DNA from: Malacoraja senta
Taxonomy: Eukaryota
Assembly (NCBI GenBank): GCA_038087875.1
Contig: JAXLNO010000705.1
Coordinates: 1-64,000, forward strand
Direction of reading: 5' to 3'
Length of the DNA: 64,000 bases
The notes under the pieces were generated by a model. That model was not told the origin of the DNA. It did no database searches and saw only the letters and a program-made list of their open reading frames with translations. How positions within the stretch are numbered: the stretch's first letter is position 1; the number at the start of each line of letters is the position of its first letter. Positions 34,951 to 48,660 of this stretch are shown piece by piece. The position numbers and the translations under genes are program-made.

Positions 34951-36117
34951 CCTGGGAACAGCAGCCAGTCCCGGGGCACTCAGGTGACCTGGGCGCTACA
35001 GCCAGACCTGGGGCAAGCGAGCCGACCTGGCACTACAGTCAGTCACGGGGCAGGCGAGGTGATCTGGGAACTGCAGCTAGTCCTGGGCTGCCAGATCCCA
35101 GGAGCTGGCGGCCTCCGACTGGAATCAACACTGAGGGCTCCGATCGCAGAGCCTGTGGACTTACCATCACGGAGCTGGGCTGACTTCGAGGCTGTGGTGT
35201 CAGTTTTGCTGGAACATGTTTCACAAACATGGGGGGAACAGGTCTCCCCCCCCCCGTCCCCGCCCCCACCCCGCAAGATTTCCGCCCAGGCCACCTGTTT
35301 CCACGCTGTATCTCTATACTAAACTAAACCAAACTAAACCAAACTAAACTCAATTAAATTAAACTAAAGTAAAGAAAAGTAAACTGAAGTGATCTAAACT
35401 AAACTAAACTGAAATACTTTGCCAGATGTGAGATATTAACTACAGGTTCCTTCTCAAACTTGGAAAATCGGGAATGATGGCCAATGGAAAATGTGCTGGG
35501 TTCCATTTAGGAATCTTCCCCCAGCTGAGAAAATCTGGACACTCCACCAACTATTTCTCAGAAAAAGAGTTTGGATGAAGAAGTTCGAGAACTCATTCAG
35601 TCACCGCCTTTATCCCCGGCAGAGAAGCTCCCGTCCAGCTTCCGAAAGGAAATTCCCGAGGTTTCCCATCATCATTTCTCCTGACATTGCTTCAGGAATT
35701 CGGATTTCCATCCAGGGGAAATATCTGCACGGACGCTAATGCTTCCCATCCTTCCCAGTTCCCCAGGGGGGAAAGTCGCAATAAAATGGCAGAAAACGAA
35801 AGATGAAAATTGTTTTCCCTTTTTTTGTTAATTGTTCCGATGTAAAATAAATCAATCACATATTAATCGTGTGGGAACAAGTGAGTAATGAATGGAATTC
35901 AGTCAGACTTTCCCATGGATTTAGTGTCTTTCACCAAACTATTACTCAGTCATGTTTAAGCAACCAGAATAACTTCCCTTTATGCAGTGGTTTCAGGCAG
36001 CAAAGGATGCCAAGGCCTTTCACACATGTCACCAACTATCTCGTAAGGTCATAAGTTCATAAGAAATAGGCCATTCGGCCCATCAAGTCTCCCCCGCCAT
36101 TCAATCAGGGGGTGATT

Positions 36118-36865
36118 GAAGATGGCAGCCTCGCCAACAGTCTGTCTGTCTTTTCGTCTTTTTTGTTATTTTTAGTGTGTTTAAAAGGTTGTGTTACATT
36201 TCACTAGTTTGTTTTATGAGGGGGGGGGGGGTGTCGGGGAAGCTTTATTTTCATCTCTTACCTTGCCGGAGATGCGATTGTTTTCCGGGTCATATCTCGG
36301 GTCGCTCTGCGGCCTAACATCGTGGAGCTGGAGGCCTTGCTCGCGACTGACTTTGAGCCCCACCGCGGGGCCGTGGACTTACCTTCGGAGACGATCCCTT
36401 GCCTGGGATCGAAGCTCCAACCGCGGCCTGCGGATTTCACCATCGGGAGCTCGCAGTCTCGGGTAGAGACCGTAGATTCGGGAGCTCCAACGGCGCAGAA
36501 GGTTCGACCAGCCCTGACCCAGGGTCCGATCGCTCGGCGCGGGGGAGCTGAGATCGCCCCCCGATGCGGGACTTTGATCGCCCGACGCGGAGGGCCCGAA
36601 TGCCACCGGCTACGGGAGCCAATATTGCCCCGTCAACAGAAGGTTCCACGCCCCGGACCGCGGGAGAACAAAGAAGGGATAAGATTGAACTTCTTTTCGC
36701 CTTCCATCACAGCGAGGAATGTGGAGGAGTCACTGTGGTGGATGTTTATGTCAAAATGTATTTTCTCTGATCTGTTGCTTTTTATTAGTATGGCTGTATG
36801 GCAAATCAAATTCCTCGTATGTTGCAAAACATAATTGGCTAATAAAGTAAGTATGAGCATGAGTA
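36118..36865 (+). mobile_element. GC-rich non-coding retroposon with Rex1-like tail (near full length)
   Basis: GATGGCAGCCTCGCC head, GC body, hairpin 36703-36742, tail AAATTCCTCGTATGTTGCAAAACATAATTGGCTAATAAAG. Confidence 0.8.
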
Positions 36866-37404
36866 TCATGGCTGGTCTATCATTCCCTCCTAACCCCATT
36901 CTCCTGCCATAACCCCCTGACACCCGTGCTAATCAAGAATCTATCTATCTCTGCATTAAAAAATATCCACTGACTTGGTCTCCACAGCCGTCCTATGGCA
37001 ATGAATTCCACAGATTCACCATCCTCTGATGAAAAGAATTCCACCTCATCTTCCTCAAGGAACGTCCTTTAATTCTGAGGCTATGGTCCAAGACTCTCCC
37101 ACTGGTGGAAACATCCTCTCCACATCAACGTCAACTTTGCAGTTGACAACAGGATTGCTGGGGTCTCGGACTGTGAGGAAGGCTGTCAAATGTATACAGC
37201 GGAATACAGATCAGGTAGAGGAATGGGCGGCGAAATGGCAGATGGAGTTTAATCCGAGCAAGTATGAGGTCGTTGCACTTCGCAAAGTCATATGTAAGGG
37301 GAAAGTATGCAATTAAGGGCGTGATCCTTGCCACCATTGATGGACAGAGGGATCTTGGGGTCCAAGTCCATAACTCCCTGCAAATGGCAACATAGGTAGA
37401 ATGA

Positions 37405-37955
37405 CATAGAAACATAGAAACATAGAAACACAGAAACTAGGTGCAGGAGGAGGCCATTCGGCCCATCGAGCCAGCACCGCCATTCATTGTGATCATGGCT
37501 GATCGTCCCCTATCAATAACCCATGCCTGCCTTCTCCCCATATCCCTTGACTCCACTAGCCCCTAAGGCTCTATCTAACTCTCTCTTAAATCCATCCAGT
37601 GACGGCCTCCACTGCCCTCTGTGGCAGGGAATTCCATAAATTCACAACTCTCTGGGTGGAAAACGTTTTTTCTCACCTCAGTCTTAAATGACCTCCCATT
37701 TATCTAAGACTGTGGCCCCTGGTTCTGGACTCGCCCAACATTGGGAACATTTTTTCCTGCCTCTAGCTTGTCCAGTCCTTTTATAATTTTATATGTTTAC
37801 TATAAGTGGCAGTCCCGCCATCCAGGGATCAATCTCGTGAACCTACGCTGCACTGCCTCAATCACAAGGATGTCCTTCCTCAAATTAGGAGACCAAAACT
37901 GTAACACAATACTCTAGATGTGGTCCCACCAGAGCCCTATACAACTGCAGAAGAA
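37405..37955 (-). mobile_element. CR1 3' fragment
   Basis: (TTTCTATG)n tail and RT C-terminus on the minus strand. Confidence 0.88.
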
Positions 37956-38021
37956 AAGCCCTATACAACTGCAAAGGGTAAGCTGTGTTGGTAGGTCGGG
38001 GCATGAAGAATCAGGAAGTCA

Positions 38022-38229
38022 TCTTCTTTGCGTTTGAAGCAGCAGAGGTTATGTAACGGCCTCCAGAACGCTGTAACCAGTTCAACGTGGTGTTGTCGAG
38101 GCCGTGAGGTCTACCCCTCCACCAGGGGGGGCGGAGGACAGCGCAGTCGAAAATGAGATGCTGCGCTGTTTGGTGGTCTGCTCCACACACGCAGGCTGCT
38201 GATGGGCGCAGCCCCCAGCAATGCATGTT
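38022..38229 (-). mobile_element. Vingi/Ingi-like LINE 3' end
   Basis: NMHCWGLRPSAACVCGADHQTAQHLIFDC (CCHC zinc finger); 8-bp TSD GGAAGTCA 38014-21 / 38230-37. Confidence 0.7.
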
Positions 38230-38698
38230 GGAAGTCAAAATGCAACCTTGTAGGACTTTGTTTGGGCTGCATCTGGAGTATTACGTGCAGTTCTGGGCAC
38301 TACATTATAGCAAGGATGTGAAGCTCATAAGGTCATGAGGGATCGGAATAGACAATAGACAATAGACAATAGACAATAGATGCAGGAGTAGGCCCTTTGG
38401 CCCTTCGAGCCAGCACCGCCATTCAATGTGATCATGGCTGATCATCCCCAATCAGTACCCCGTTCCTGCCTTCTCCCCATATCTCCTGACTCTGCTATTT
38501 TTAAGAGCCCTATCTAGCTCTCTCTTGAAAGCATCCAGAGAACCTGCCTCCACCGCCCTCTGAGGCAGAGAATTCCACAGACTCACTCACTCTCTGTGAG
38601 AAAAAGTGTTTCCCTCCGTTCTAAATGGCTTACTCCTTATTCTTAAACTGTGGCCCCTGGTTCTGGACTCCCCAACATCAGGAACCATGTTTCCGGCC

Positions 38699-38898
38699 NN
38701 NNNNNNNNNNNNNNNNNNNNNNNNNNNNNNNNNNNNNNNNNNNNNNNNNNNNNNNNNNNNNNNNNNNNNNNNNNNNNNNNNNNNNNNNNNNNNNNNNNNN
38801 NNNNNNNNNNNNNNNNNNNNNNNNNNNNNNNNNNNNNNNNNNNNNNNNNNNNNNNNNNNNNNNNNNNNNNNNNNNNNNNNNNNNNNNNNNNNNNNNNN
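38699..38898. other. Assembly gap (200 N)
   Basis: Run of N. Confidence 1.
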
Positions 38899-39320
38899 TC
38901 CAATCGCATCTCCGGTCGCTCTGCGGCCAACCATCGATGGAGCTGGAGGCCTCCTCGGACTGACTGTGAGCCTCCGATCGCTCGGCGTGGGGGAGCTGAC
39001 ATCCCCCCCCCCCCATGCAGGAGCTGATCACTCCGATGCGGAGGGCCAAAATGCCGCCGGCTACTGGAGTCAAGATCGTCCCGTCAACGGAGGGCTCGGG
39101 GCCCCCGATCGCGGGAGAACAATGAAGGAAAGAGATTTAAACTTTTTTTCGCCTTCCATCACAGTGAGGAATGTGGAGGAGTCACTGTGGTGTATTTTAA
39201 AATGTGTTTTGTGTGTTTCATTGCTTTTTATTTGTATGACTGACTTGGCAAATGAAATTCCTCGTATGTTGCAAAACATACTTGGCTAATAAAGTATTAT
39301 TGTGATTGATTGTGATTGTG
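38899..39320 (+). mobile_element. 3' part of the GC-rich non-coding retroposon family
   Basis: Same body, hairpin and tail as 36118-36865. Confidence 0.8.
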
Positions 39321-39863
39321 AAAAGGACGAACCTTTAGAAAGGGGATGAGGAGTGATTTCTTTAGTCAGAGAGTGGTGAATCTGGAGAGTTCATTGCGGA
39401 ATTGTGGAAGTCAATGGATAATTTTGAGGCGGAGATTGATAGGTTCTTGATTAGTACTGGTGTCAGGGTTTATGGGGAGAAGGCAAGAGAATGGGGCTGA
39501 GAGGAGCTGCAGGAAAGATAGATCAGCCATGATTGAATGGCAGGGGAGGCTTGATGGGCCGAATGGCCTAATTCTGCTCCTATCACTTATGAACTTATTA
39601 TTCATCAAACTTTCTCATGACACAAAATAACTTATTCCCTGGTTTGGTCCTCTACAAACTTACTTAAAAAAGCTTCTCGCATGTACCTGTCCAAATGCCC
39701 GCCATCCCCCTATGCTCCAAGGAATAAAGTCCCCGCCTGCTCAACCTCTCCCTGTAGCTCAAACCCTATAGTCCTGGCAACATCCTCGTAAATCTTCTCA
39801 CCGCCCTTTCCAGCTTGACAAAATATTTCCTATAACATGGTGCCCAGAACTGAACAAAATGCT

Positions 39864-40112
39864 CTTGGTTTCTTGGTCCTCCAAAATATTCCAAATGGAA
39901 TTTAAACTGGAGGTGGTGGAGGGAAGACAAGCCAGAAAGGGTTTTTGGGAAGAAAGAGCTACCTTAAATTTAGTTGCATCTGGTTGGGTAACTATGGTAG
40001 GGTGAAGATTATTCCATGCTTTAAGTCTGCGGGGGAAGAACGAATTGCTGTACACATCTGTCTTGGTAGCTGGAATCACAAATTGGATCGAATGCCCTCG
40101 TTTTTAGAATTG
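39864..40112 (-). mobile_element. 3' end of a different CR1/L2-group LINE
   Basis: IPATKTDVYSNSFFPRRLKAWNNL RT C-terminus; ACCAAGAA repeat tail; interrupts a CR1 fragment. Confidence 0.6.
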
Positions 40113-40694
40113 GATCTAAATGCGGCCTCACCAACGTCTTATACAACTGCAACATGACCTCACAACTTCCATGCTCAATACACTGATGAAGGCCAACGTG
40201 CCAAAAGCCTCTCATGATTTGGTACACCTCTATAAGATCACCCCTCATCCTCCTGCGCTCCATGGAATAGAGACCCAGCCTACTCAACTTCTCCCTGTAG
40301 CTCATGCTCTCTGGTCCTGGCAACATCCTCGTGAATCTTCTCTGTACATCTGACAATGAAACCATCTAGACTCTTGACACTTGACGTTATATTTGTTCAA
40401 ATGACAATAAACTTGAACGAGTTCAGTTCAGTTTAGTTAGTTTATCATCACGAGACTTCCTCAGACAAGAAGGGTCCCGACCTGAAACGTCACCCATCCT
40501 TTGTAATCTTAGAGAGAGAGTCACAGATTGAAACAGCGTGGAAACAGGCCCTTCGGGCAAACTTGCCCACACCGGCCAACATGTCCCATCTACGCTAGTC
40601 CCACCTGCCTGCGTTTGATCCACATCACCCTAACCTGTCCTATCCATGTACTTGTCAGAACATCTCCAGCGATGCTGCCTGACCTGCTGAGTTA

Positions 40695-41595
40695 CATAGA
40701 AGCATAGAAACAAGGTGCAGGAGTCGGCCAATCTGCCCTTCGAACCAGCACCACCATTCAATATGATGATGGCTGATCATCCAAAATCAGTACCCCGTTC
40801 CTGCTTTCTCCCCATATCCCTTGATTACGTTAGTCCTAAGAGCTCTATCTAACTCTCTCTTGAAAATATCCAGTGAATTGGCCTCCACTGCCTTCTGTGG
40901 CAGAGAATTCCACAGATTCACAACTCTCTGGGTGAAAAAGTGTTTCCAGTCCTAAATGGCTTACCCCTTATTCTTAAACTGTGACCCCTGGTTCAGAACT
41001 CCCCCAACATGAGGAACATTTTTCCTGCATCTAGCTTGTCGAATCCCTTAAGAATTTTACATGTTTCTATACTCATCCTAAATTCCAGTGAATATAAGCC
41101 CAGCCGATCCATTCTTTTATCATATGTCAGTCCCACCATCCTGTGAATTGACCTGGTGAACCTACACTGCACTCCCTCAATAGCAAAAATGTCCTTCCTC
41201 AAATTTGGAGACCAAAACGGCATACAATACTCCAGGTGTGGTCTCACCAGCGCCCTGTACAACTGCAGAAGGACCTCATTGCTCCTAAACTCAAATCCTC
41301 TCGCTATGAAGGCCAACATGTCATTAGCTTTCTTCACTGCCTGCTGTAACTGCATGCTTACTTTTAGTGACTTATGTACAAGGACACCCAGGTCTAGTTG
41401 CACCTTCCCCTTTTCCTAATCAGACACCATTCAGATAATAATCTGCCTACTTGTTCTTGCCACCAAAGTGGACACCTCACATTTATCCACATTATACTGC
41501 ATCTGCCATGCATCTGCCCACTCACCCAACCTATCCAAGTCACCCTGCAGCCTCATAGAATCCTGTTCACAATTCACACTGCCACACAGCTGTGT
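40695..41595 (-). mobile_element. CR1 3' portion
   Basis: ORFs 40993..41403 and 41431..41637. Confidence 0.9.
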
Positions 41596-41644
41596 TTTAT
41601 TTGGCGTTTTGTATCTATCTGTGGTATAAGCCAGCATCTGCAGT

Positions 41645-42395
41645 TTAATTTAGTTTATTTGAGTTTATTGTCACGTGTCACGAGGTACAGTAAAAAGGTT
41701 TTGTTGCGTGCTATCCAGTCAGCGGAAAGACAATACATGATTACAATCGAGCCGTTTACAGTGTTCTGATAAATGATAAGGGAATAATGTGTAATGCAAG
41801 GTAAAGCCAGTAAAGTCCAATCAAAGATAGTCCGAGGGTCACCAATCAGGTAGATAATAGTTCAGCACTGCTCTCTGGTTGTGGTAGGATGGTTCAGTTG
41901 CCTGATAACAGCTGGGAAGAAACTGTCCCTGAATCTGGAGGAGTGCGTTTTCACACTTCTATACCTTTTGCCTGATGGGAGAGGGGAGAAGAGGGAGTGA
42001 CCAGGGTGCAACTCGTCCCTGATGATGCTGCTGGCTTTGCCGAGGCAGCGTGAGATGTAGATGGAGTCAATGGAAGGGAGGTTGGTTTGTGCGATGGTCT
42101 GGGCTGCGTCCACCATTCGCAGCAATTTCTTGCGGTCTTGGATGGAGCTGTTCCCAAACCGTGCTGTGATGCATCCCGATAAAATGCTTCCTGCGGCGCA
42201 TCTGTAGAAGTTGGTGAGAGTTGTAGGGGACATGCCTAACTCTCTAAGCCTTCTAAGGGAGTAGAGGCTTCGGTGTGCTTTCTTGGTTGTTGCTTCAGTA
42301 TGGGAGGTCCAGGAGAAGTTGTTGGTGATATTGACTCCTGGGAATTTGAATCTTTCAACCATCTCTACTTTGGCGCCGTCAATGCAGACTGGGGC
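41645..42395 (-). mobile_element. Rex1/Babar-like LINE, RT C-terminus plus 3'UTR
   Basis: VERFKFPGV...KKAHRSLYSLRRL...LTNFYRC..ILSGCIT...LPSGKRYRS...RFRDSFFP (ORF 41862..42362). Confidence 0.88.
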
Positions 42396-43317
42396 GCATC
42401 TGTAGAAGTTGGTGAGAGTTGTTCACTAGATCACAAGTTATAGGAGTAGAATTAGGCCATTCCGCCCATCGAGCCCACTCCGCCATTCAATCATGGCTGA
42501 TTAAGCGACTTTGAGTCCTGAAAAGCGCTATATAAATAAAATCTATTATTATTATTATTATCTCTGCCTCCTAATCACATTTTCCTGCCTTCTCCCCATA
42601 ACCCTTGACACCTGTTCTAATCAAGAATTTGTCTATCTCTGCCTTAAAAATATCCACTGACTTGGCCTCCACAGCCCTCTGTGGCAATGAGTTCCACATA
42701 TTAACTACCCTCTGATGAAAGAAATTCCTCCTCACCTCCTTTCTAAAAGAGCGCCCTTTAATTCTGAGACTGTGACCTCTGGTCCTAGACTCTCCCGCCA
42801 GTGGAAACATCCTCTCCATATCCAATCCATCTATGTCTTTCGATACAGGTATTCTGTACGTTTCAATGAGGTCCCCACTCAACCTGTTAATTCAAGCGAG
42901 TACAGGCACAGTGCTGTCAAACGCTCATTATATGTTGTTGGGGGACATGCCTGACACCTTGATTGTGTCTAACCTCCATGATCTCGCCTGTGGTTAGAAA
43001 AACCACAATGATCTTTGTCAAAGCATCCCACAGTCTCCTCTCTTGCCTCGTTTAATGACCTGTGATCGGTCCCATCAGGTCCTGGGGATTTATCCACCTT
43101 AATGCCCTTCAAGGAGGTTTGGATGCGTTTTCTGATGCGTACGATTAAATGTTGCAGAACCAGCTGGGAACGATGCGCATCAGCGTTCCGCTTCTCCCCG
43201 CGACCACAAAAATGCATTCACCCAACCAGAACCCCTTGTACACCAGCGTCTCATCACTGACTATGTGCCAGACACACCCAGTAAAACTCGCTGCCGAGAC
43301 CTTTGTCTTCCATCAAT

Positions 43318-44087
43318 CATAATCACAATCATAATCATTCTTTATTAGCCAAGTATGTTTTGCAACACACGAGGAATTTCATTTGCCATACAGTCATACC
43401 GATAAAAAGCAGCAGAATACACAAAATACATTTTGACATGAACATCCACCACAGTGACTCCTCCACATTCCTCACTGTGATGGAAGGCGAAAAAAAGTTC
43501 AATCTCTTCCCTTCTTTGTCTTCCAGCGGTCGGGGGGCCTCTATCCTTCCGTTCCCGGGACGATCTTACTCCCGTAGCTGGCGGCGGGCCTCCTCGTCGG
43601 GGCGATCAAGCTCCTGCATTGGGGGGGGGGGATCTCAACTCACCTGCGCCGGGCGATCTACCCCGTGTCGGGGCTAGTCGGACGTCGTGTAGCTTTTGGA
43701 GCTTCCCGACGTCGGTCTCAACTCGAGACTGCGAGCTCCTCGATGGTGAAATCCACAGGCCGTGGTTGGAGCGTCGATCCCGGGCTAGGAATCGGCTCCG
43801 ATGGTAAGTCCACGGCACCGCGGTGGGGCTCAAAGTCAGTGCCGAGCAAGGCCTCCAGCTCCATGATGTTAGGCCGCAGAGTGACCGGAGATACGACACG
43901 GAAAACAATCGCATCTCCGGCAAGGTAAGAGATTGGAAAAAAGTTTCCCCCGACCACCCCCCCCCACCACATAAAACAAACCAGAGAACATTAACACAAA
44001 CTTTTAAAACACACTAAAAATAACCCAAAAAAAAGACGGATAGGACAGACAGACTGTAGGTGAGGCTGCCATCGCTGACGGCGCCAT
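43318..44087 (-). mobile_element. Intact copy of the GC-rich non-coding retroposon (Rex1-like tail)
   Basis: Head GGCGCCGTCAGCGATGGCAGCC, hairpin 43445-43484, (GATTAT/GATTGT)n tail. Confidence 0.82.
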
Positions 44088-45096
44088 TATGTCAGAGTGT
44101 GGTGGATCTGTAGAATTCTTTGCCACAGACGGCCGTGGAGGCCAAGTCAGTGGATATTCTTAAGGCAGAGATAGATATATTCTTGATTAGTACGGGTGTT
44201 AGAGGTTATGGGGAGAAGGCAGGAGAATGGGGTTGAGTGGGAAAGATAGAGCAGCCATGGTTGAATGGCGGAGTAGACTTGATGGGCCGAATGGTCCAAG
44301 TCTACTCCTATTGACCTTATGACCTTTCAAAGAATTTTAATTTTATTACAAGATTGTGGTCTTGCTTCCTTGCAGACTTGTGGCATTGAGTGATGGGTGC
44401 GTTTGCCTTTAGTATTTTGTTTTGTTTCGTTTAGTTGGGCCAAAGGGCCTGTTTCCACGCTATATACCACTATGACTCTATGTCTCTCTGGCCTGCTGAG
44501 TTTCTCCAGAACTGTGAGTCTATCTTACTCTGTGCACGTCGCCATCAACTCCTACCGGTCCTCCTCCATTCTCCGCAAACCCGTGGGGGAAGTTTCCAGT
44601 GGCCAAGCCGCACGTCTTTGGGATGCGGGAGGGAACCGGTGTGCCCAGCGAGCAACCCACGTGGTCACAGTCTGTGCTTTTTAATTTTAGTTTAGCGATA
44701 CACCTCGGAAACAGGCACTTCGGCCCACCAAGTCCGAACCGACCAGCGATCCCCGCACATTAACACTACCCGACACACACACTAAGTGACGATTTTATAT
44801 TTCACATTGAATGGCGGTGCTGGCTCGAATGGCCAAATGGCCTGCTCCTGCACCTATTGTCTATAGTCTATTGACCCGTGGACCCTTTGGGTCCCCATTG
44901 TGACGCCATTTTGGCGATCTGAAAATGGCGATCTCATCCCGTTAGCAGTCGGGAGAGGGTTGCCGGGCATTTTAATCGCCAAGATTTAAAGACATAAATA
45001 GACTTCCGAAGCAAACTCTACGGGTGAAAGAAATAAGTGGTTGAGCTGTGCAGTACAGGAAGTCCCAGTTTGGAATCTTGGTCTGTATTTGGACTT

Positions 45097-45852
45097 GGTG
45101 GCCGATTATGAAAAGGGGAGATGCAGCGAGACCTGGGTGTCATGGTACACCAGTCATTGAAAGTAGGCATGCAGGTGCAGCAGGCAGTGAAGAAAGCGAA
45201 TGGTATGTTAGCATTCATAGCAAAAGGATTTGAGTATAAGGAGCAGGGAGGTTCTACTGCACTTGTACAGGGTCTTGGTGAGACCACACCTGGAGTATTG
45301 CGTACAGTTTGGGTCTCCTAATCTGAGGAAGGACATTCTTGCCATAGAGGGAGTACAGAGAAGGTTCACCAGACTGATTCCTGGGATGTCAGGACTTTCA
45401 TATGAAGAAAGACTGGATAGACTCGGCTTGTACTCGCTAGAATTTAGAAGATTGAAGGGGGATCTTATAGAAACTTACAAAATTCTTAAGGGGTTGGACA
45501 GGCTAGATGCAGGAAGATTATTCCCGATGTTGGGGATGTCCAGAACAAGGGGTCACAGTTTAAGGATAAGGGGGAAGTCTTTTAGGACTGAGATGAGAAA
45601 AACATTTTTCACACAGAGAGTGGTGAATCTCTGGAATTCTCTGCCACAGAATGTAGTTGAGGCCAGATCATTGGCTATATTTAAGAGGGAGTTAGATGTG
45701 GCCCTTGTGGCTAAAGGGATCAGAGGGTATGGAGAGAAAGCAGGTACAGGATACTGAGTTGGATGATCAGCCATGATCATATTGAATGGCGGTGCAGGCT
45801 CGAAGGGCCGAATGGCCTACTCCTGCACCTATTTTCTAAGTTTCTATGTTTC
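45097..45852 (+). mobile_element. CR1 3' portion
   Basis: ORFs 45121..45321 and 45230..45757. Confidence 0.93.
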
Positions 45853-46189
45853 TTTTAGCTGATCTCAACCTTGTTAAAGTATGGATGAAGGTTGGTGACA
45901 GCAAAGTGTTAGCAGTTGGAAATGGGATCAATAATCAGCAAGAATTAACTGTCCACTGGATGTGCTTTTGAGAGTGGTTTGGCGGAAGGGTCAGTTTTCT
46001 CTCAAAGTGCCCATAGCTCTGACTACACAGTTAAACATGCTGGTCTTCAACTTCACCCAAACATCAAACATGACCCCGACTTCAGCTTTCTGCCACACAC
46101 CAAAACTTTGCGCTATCGTGTACCGTTTAGGCTGTATTTCGGGAACATACATACATACAAGATGAGACTTTTAGTTATATATAGATACC

Positions 46190-46912
46190 AAACCTGTTCA
46201 TCTTTGGAGTGTGGGAAGAAACCGAAGATCTCGGAGAAAACCCACGCAGGTCACGGGGAGAACGCACAAACTCCGTACAGACAGTACCCGTGATCGGGAT
46301 GGAAGCCGGGTCTTTGGCGCTGCATTCGCTGTAAGGCAGCAACTCTACTGCTGCGCCACCGTGACTGCCGTCTATTCAAAGGTTGGAGACTTTTGGACAG
46401 GCACATGGAAATGCAGGGAATAGAGGGATATGGATCCTGTGCAGGTGGATAAGAGTTGGCATCCTCTTGGGCTCAGACATTGTGCTGTACTGTTCTATGT
46501 TCTATGAGATGAAGTTTCAGTGTTTTTTGAAGTTCTTGATCCTGGCAAGGTGCTCCCTGTTGACAGAGGGTTTGTGTGACTCACAGCAAATGACTTTCAC
46601 TTGGAGAATGAGATACCACAGTCAATTGTAAACCATTTAAACAATGTTGTTTAGTTTAGTTTAGAGATACAGCGCGGAAACAGGCCTTTTCCGCGCCGAC
46701 CTGCGATCCCTTGCATGCTAACACTATCCTACACACACAAAGGGACAATTTACAATTTTACCAAAGCCAAGTAACCTACAAACCTGTACGTCTTTGGAGT
46801 GTGGGGGGAAACCGGGGCACCAGGAGAAAACCCACGCAGCTCAAGGGGGGGGGGGGGAGCGAACAAACTCCGCACAGACAGCACCCGAGGTCAGGATCGA
46901 TCTCGGATCTCT
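46190..46912 (-). mobile_element. Two HE1-like SINE copies (46190-46370; 46650-46912)
   Basis: A/B box and core matches. Confidence 0.75.
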
Positions 46913-46944
46913 CAGTACACGTGACAATAAACTAAAACTGAACT

Positions 46945-48660
46945 ATTGCAGATAGTGAAGATGGTTGTCAAAAATGTCAGCAGATCTTGTTCGGTTGGGC
47001 AGGTGCGTTGAGGAATGGTTGATGGAATTTAATACAGAGAAATGTCAGGTGTTGCATTTTGGGACATCTAACATGTGCAGGACCTACACAGTGAACGGTA
47101 GAGCTCTGGGGAGTGTTGTAGAGCAGAGGGATCTAAGAGTACAGGTGCATGGTTCCTTGAAGGTCCAGTCACAGGTGGATAAGGTGGTCAAACAGGGTTT
47201 TGGCACATTGCCCTTCATCTGTCAGCACATTGAGTATAGAAGTTGGGAGGTCATGCTGCAGTTGTATAACATGTGGGTGAGGCTGCATTTCAAGTATTGT
47301 GTTCAGTTCTGGGCACCATGTTAAACTGGAGGAAGGATGTTGTCAAGCTGGAAAGGGTATAGAGAAGATTTTCGAGGATGTTGCCAGGAATCGAGGGGCG
47401 GAGCTATAGGGAGAGTTTGAGCAGGCTGGGACTCTATTGAAACTTGCCGAATAGTGAAAGGCCTGCATAGAGTGGATGTGGAGAGGATGTTTCCACTAGT
47501 GGGAGAATCTAGGACTAAGGGTCAACGGAATAAAAGGACGTGCCTTTAGAAAGGAGATCTTTAGAGGAGAAATTTCTTTAGTCAGAGGTTGGTGAATCTG
47601 TGGAATCCTTTGCCACAGAAGGCTGTGGAGGTCAAATCAATGGATATTTTTAATAGACAATAGACAATAGACAATAGGTGCAGGAGTACGCTGCAATCCC
47701 TCAATAGCAAGAATGTCTTTCCACAAATTTGGAGACCAAAACTGCACACAATACCCCAGGTGTGGTTTCACTAAGGCCTTGTACAACTGCAGAAGGACCT
47801 CTTTGTTCCTATACTCAACTCCTTTTGCTACGAAGGCCAACATGCCATTCGCTTTCTTCACTGCCTGCTGTACCTACATGCTTACTTTCATTGATTGATG
47901 AACAAGGACCCCCAGATCCCGTTGTACTTCCCCTTTTCCCAATTTGACACAATTTAGATAATAATCTTCCTTCCTAATCTGTTTTTGCTACCAAAGTGGA
48001 TAACCTCACATTTATCCACATTAAACTGCATCAGCCATGCATCTGCCCACTCACCCAACCTGTCCAAGTCACCCTGCATTCTCATAGCATCCTCCTCACA
48101 GTCCACACTGCCATCCAGCTTTGCGTCATCTGCAAATTTGCTAATGTAACTTTTAATCTCTTCATCTAAATCATTAATGTATATTGTAAATAGCTGCGGT
48201 CCCAGCACCGAGCCTTGCGGTACCCCACTAGTCACTGCCTGCCATTCTGAAAGGGACCCTTTAATCCCTACTCTTTGTTTCCTGTCTGCCAACCAATTTT
48301 CTATCCATGTTAGTACCCTACCCCAAATACCATGTACTCTAATTTTGCCCACTAATCTCCTATGTGGGACCTTATCAAATGCTTTCTGAAAGTCCAGGTA
48401 CACTACATCCACTGGCTCTCCCTCGTCCATTTTCCCAGTTACATCCTCAAAAAATTCCAGAAGATAAGTCAAGCATGATTTCCCCTTCGTAAATCCAGAG
48501 GCAGAGGCAGAGATTAAGGCAGCGATAGATAAATTCTTGATCAGTACGGGTGTCCACGGTTATGGGGAGAGAATGGGGTTCGGGGAGAGAGATAGATCAG
48601 CCATGGTTAAAGGACGGAGGAGACTCGATGGGCCGAATGGCCTAATTCTGCTCCTACAAC
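46945..48660. mobile_element. Plus-strand CR1 3' portion interrupted by a minus-strand CR1 (47654-48497, internally deleted)
   Basis: ORF 46965..47324 (+) and ORFs 47954..48472 and 47637..47861 (-). Confidence 0.85.

Noticed and set aside
38587..39289. ORFs spanning the N run
   Set aside because: Artefacts of translating the assembly gap.
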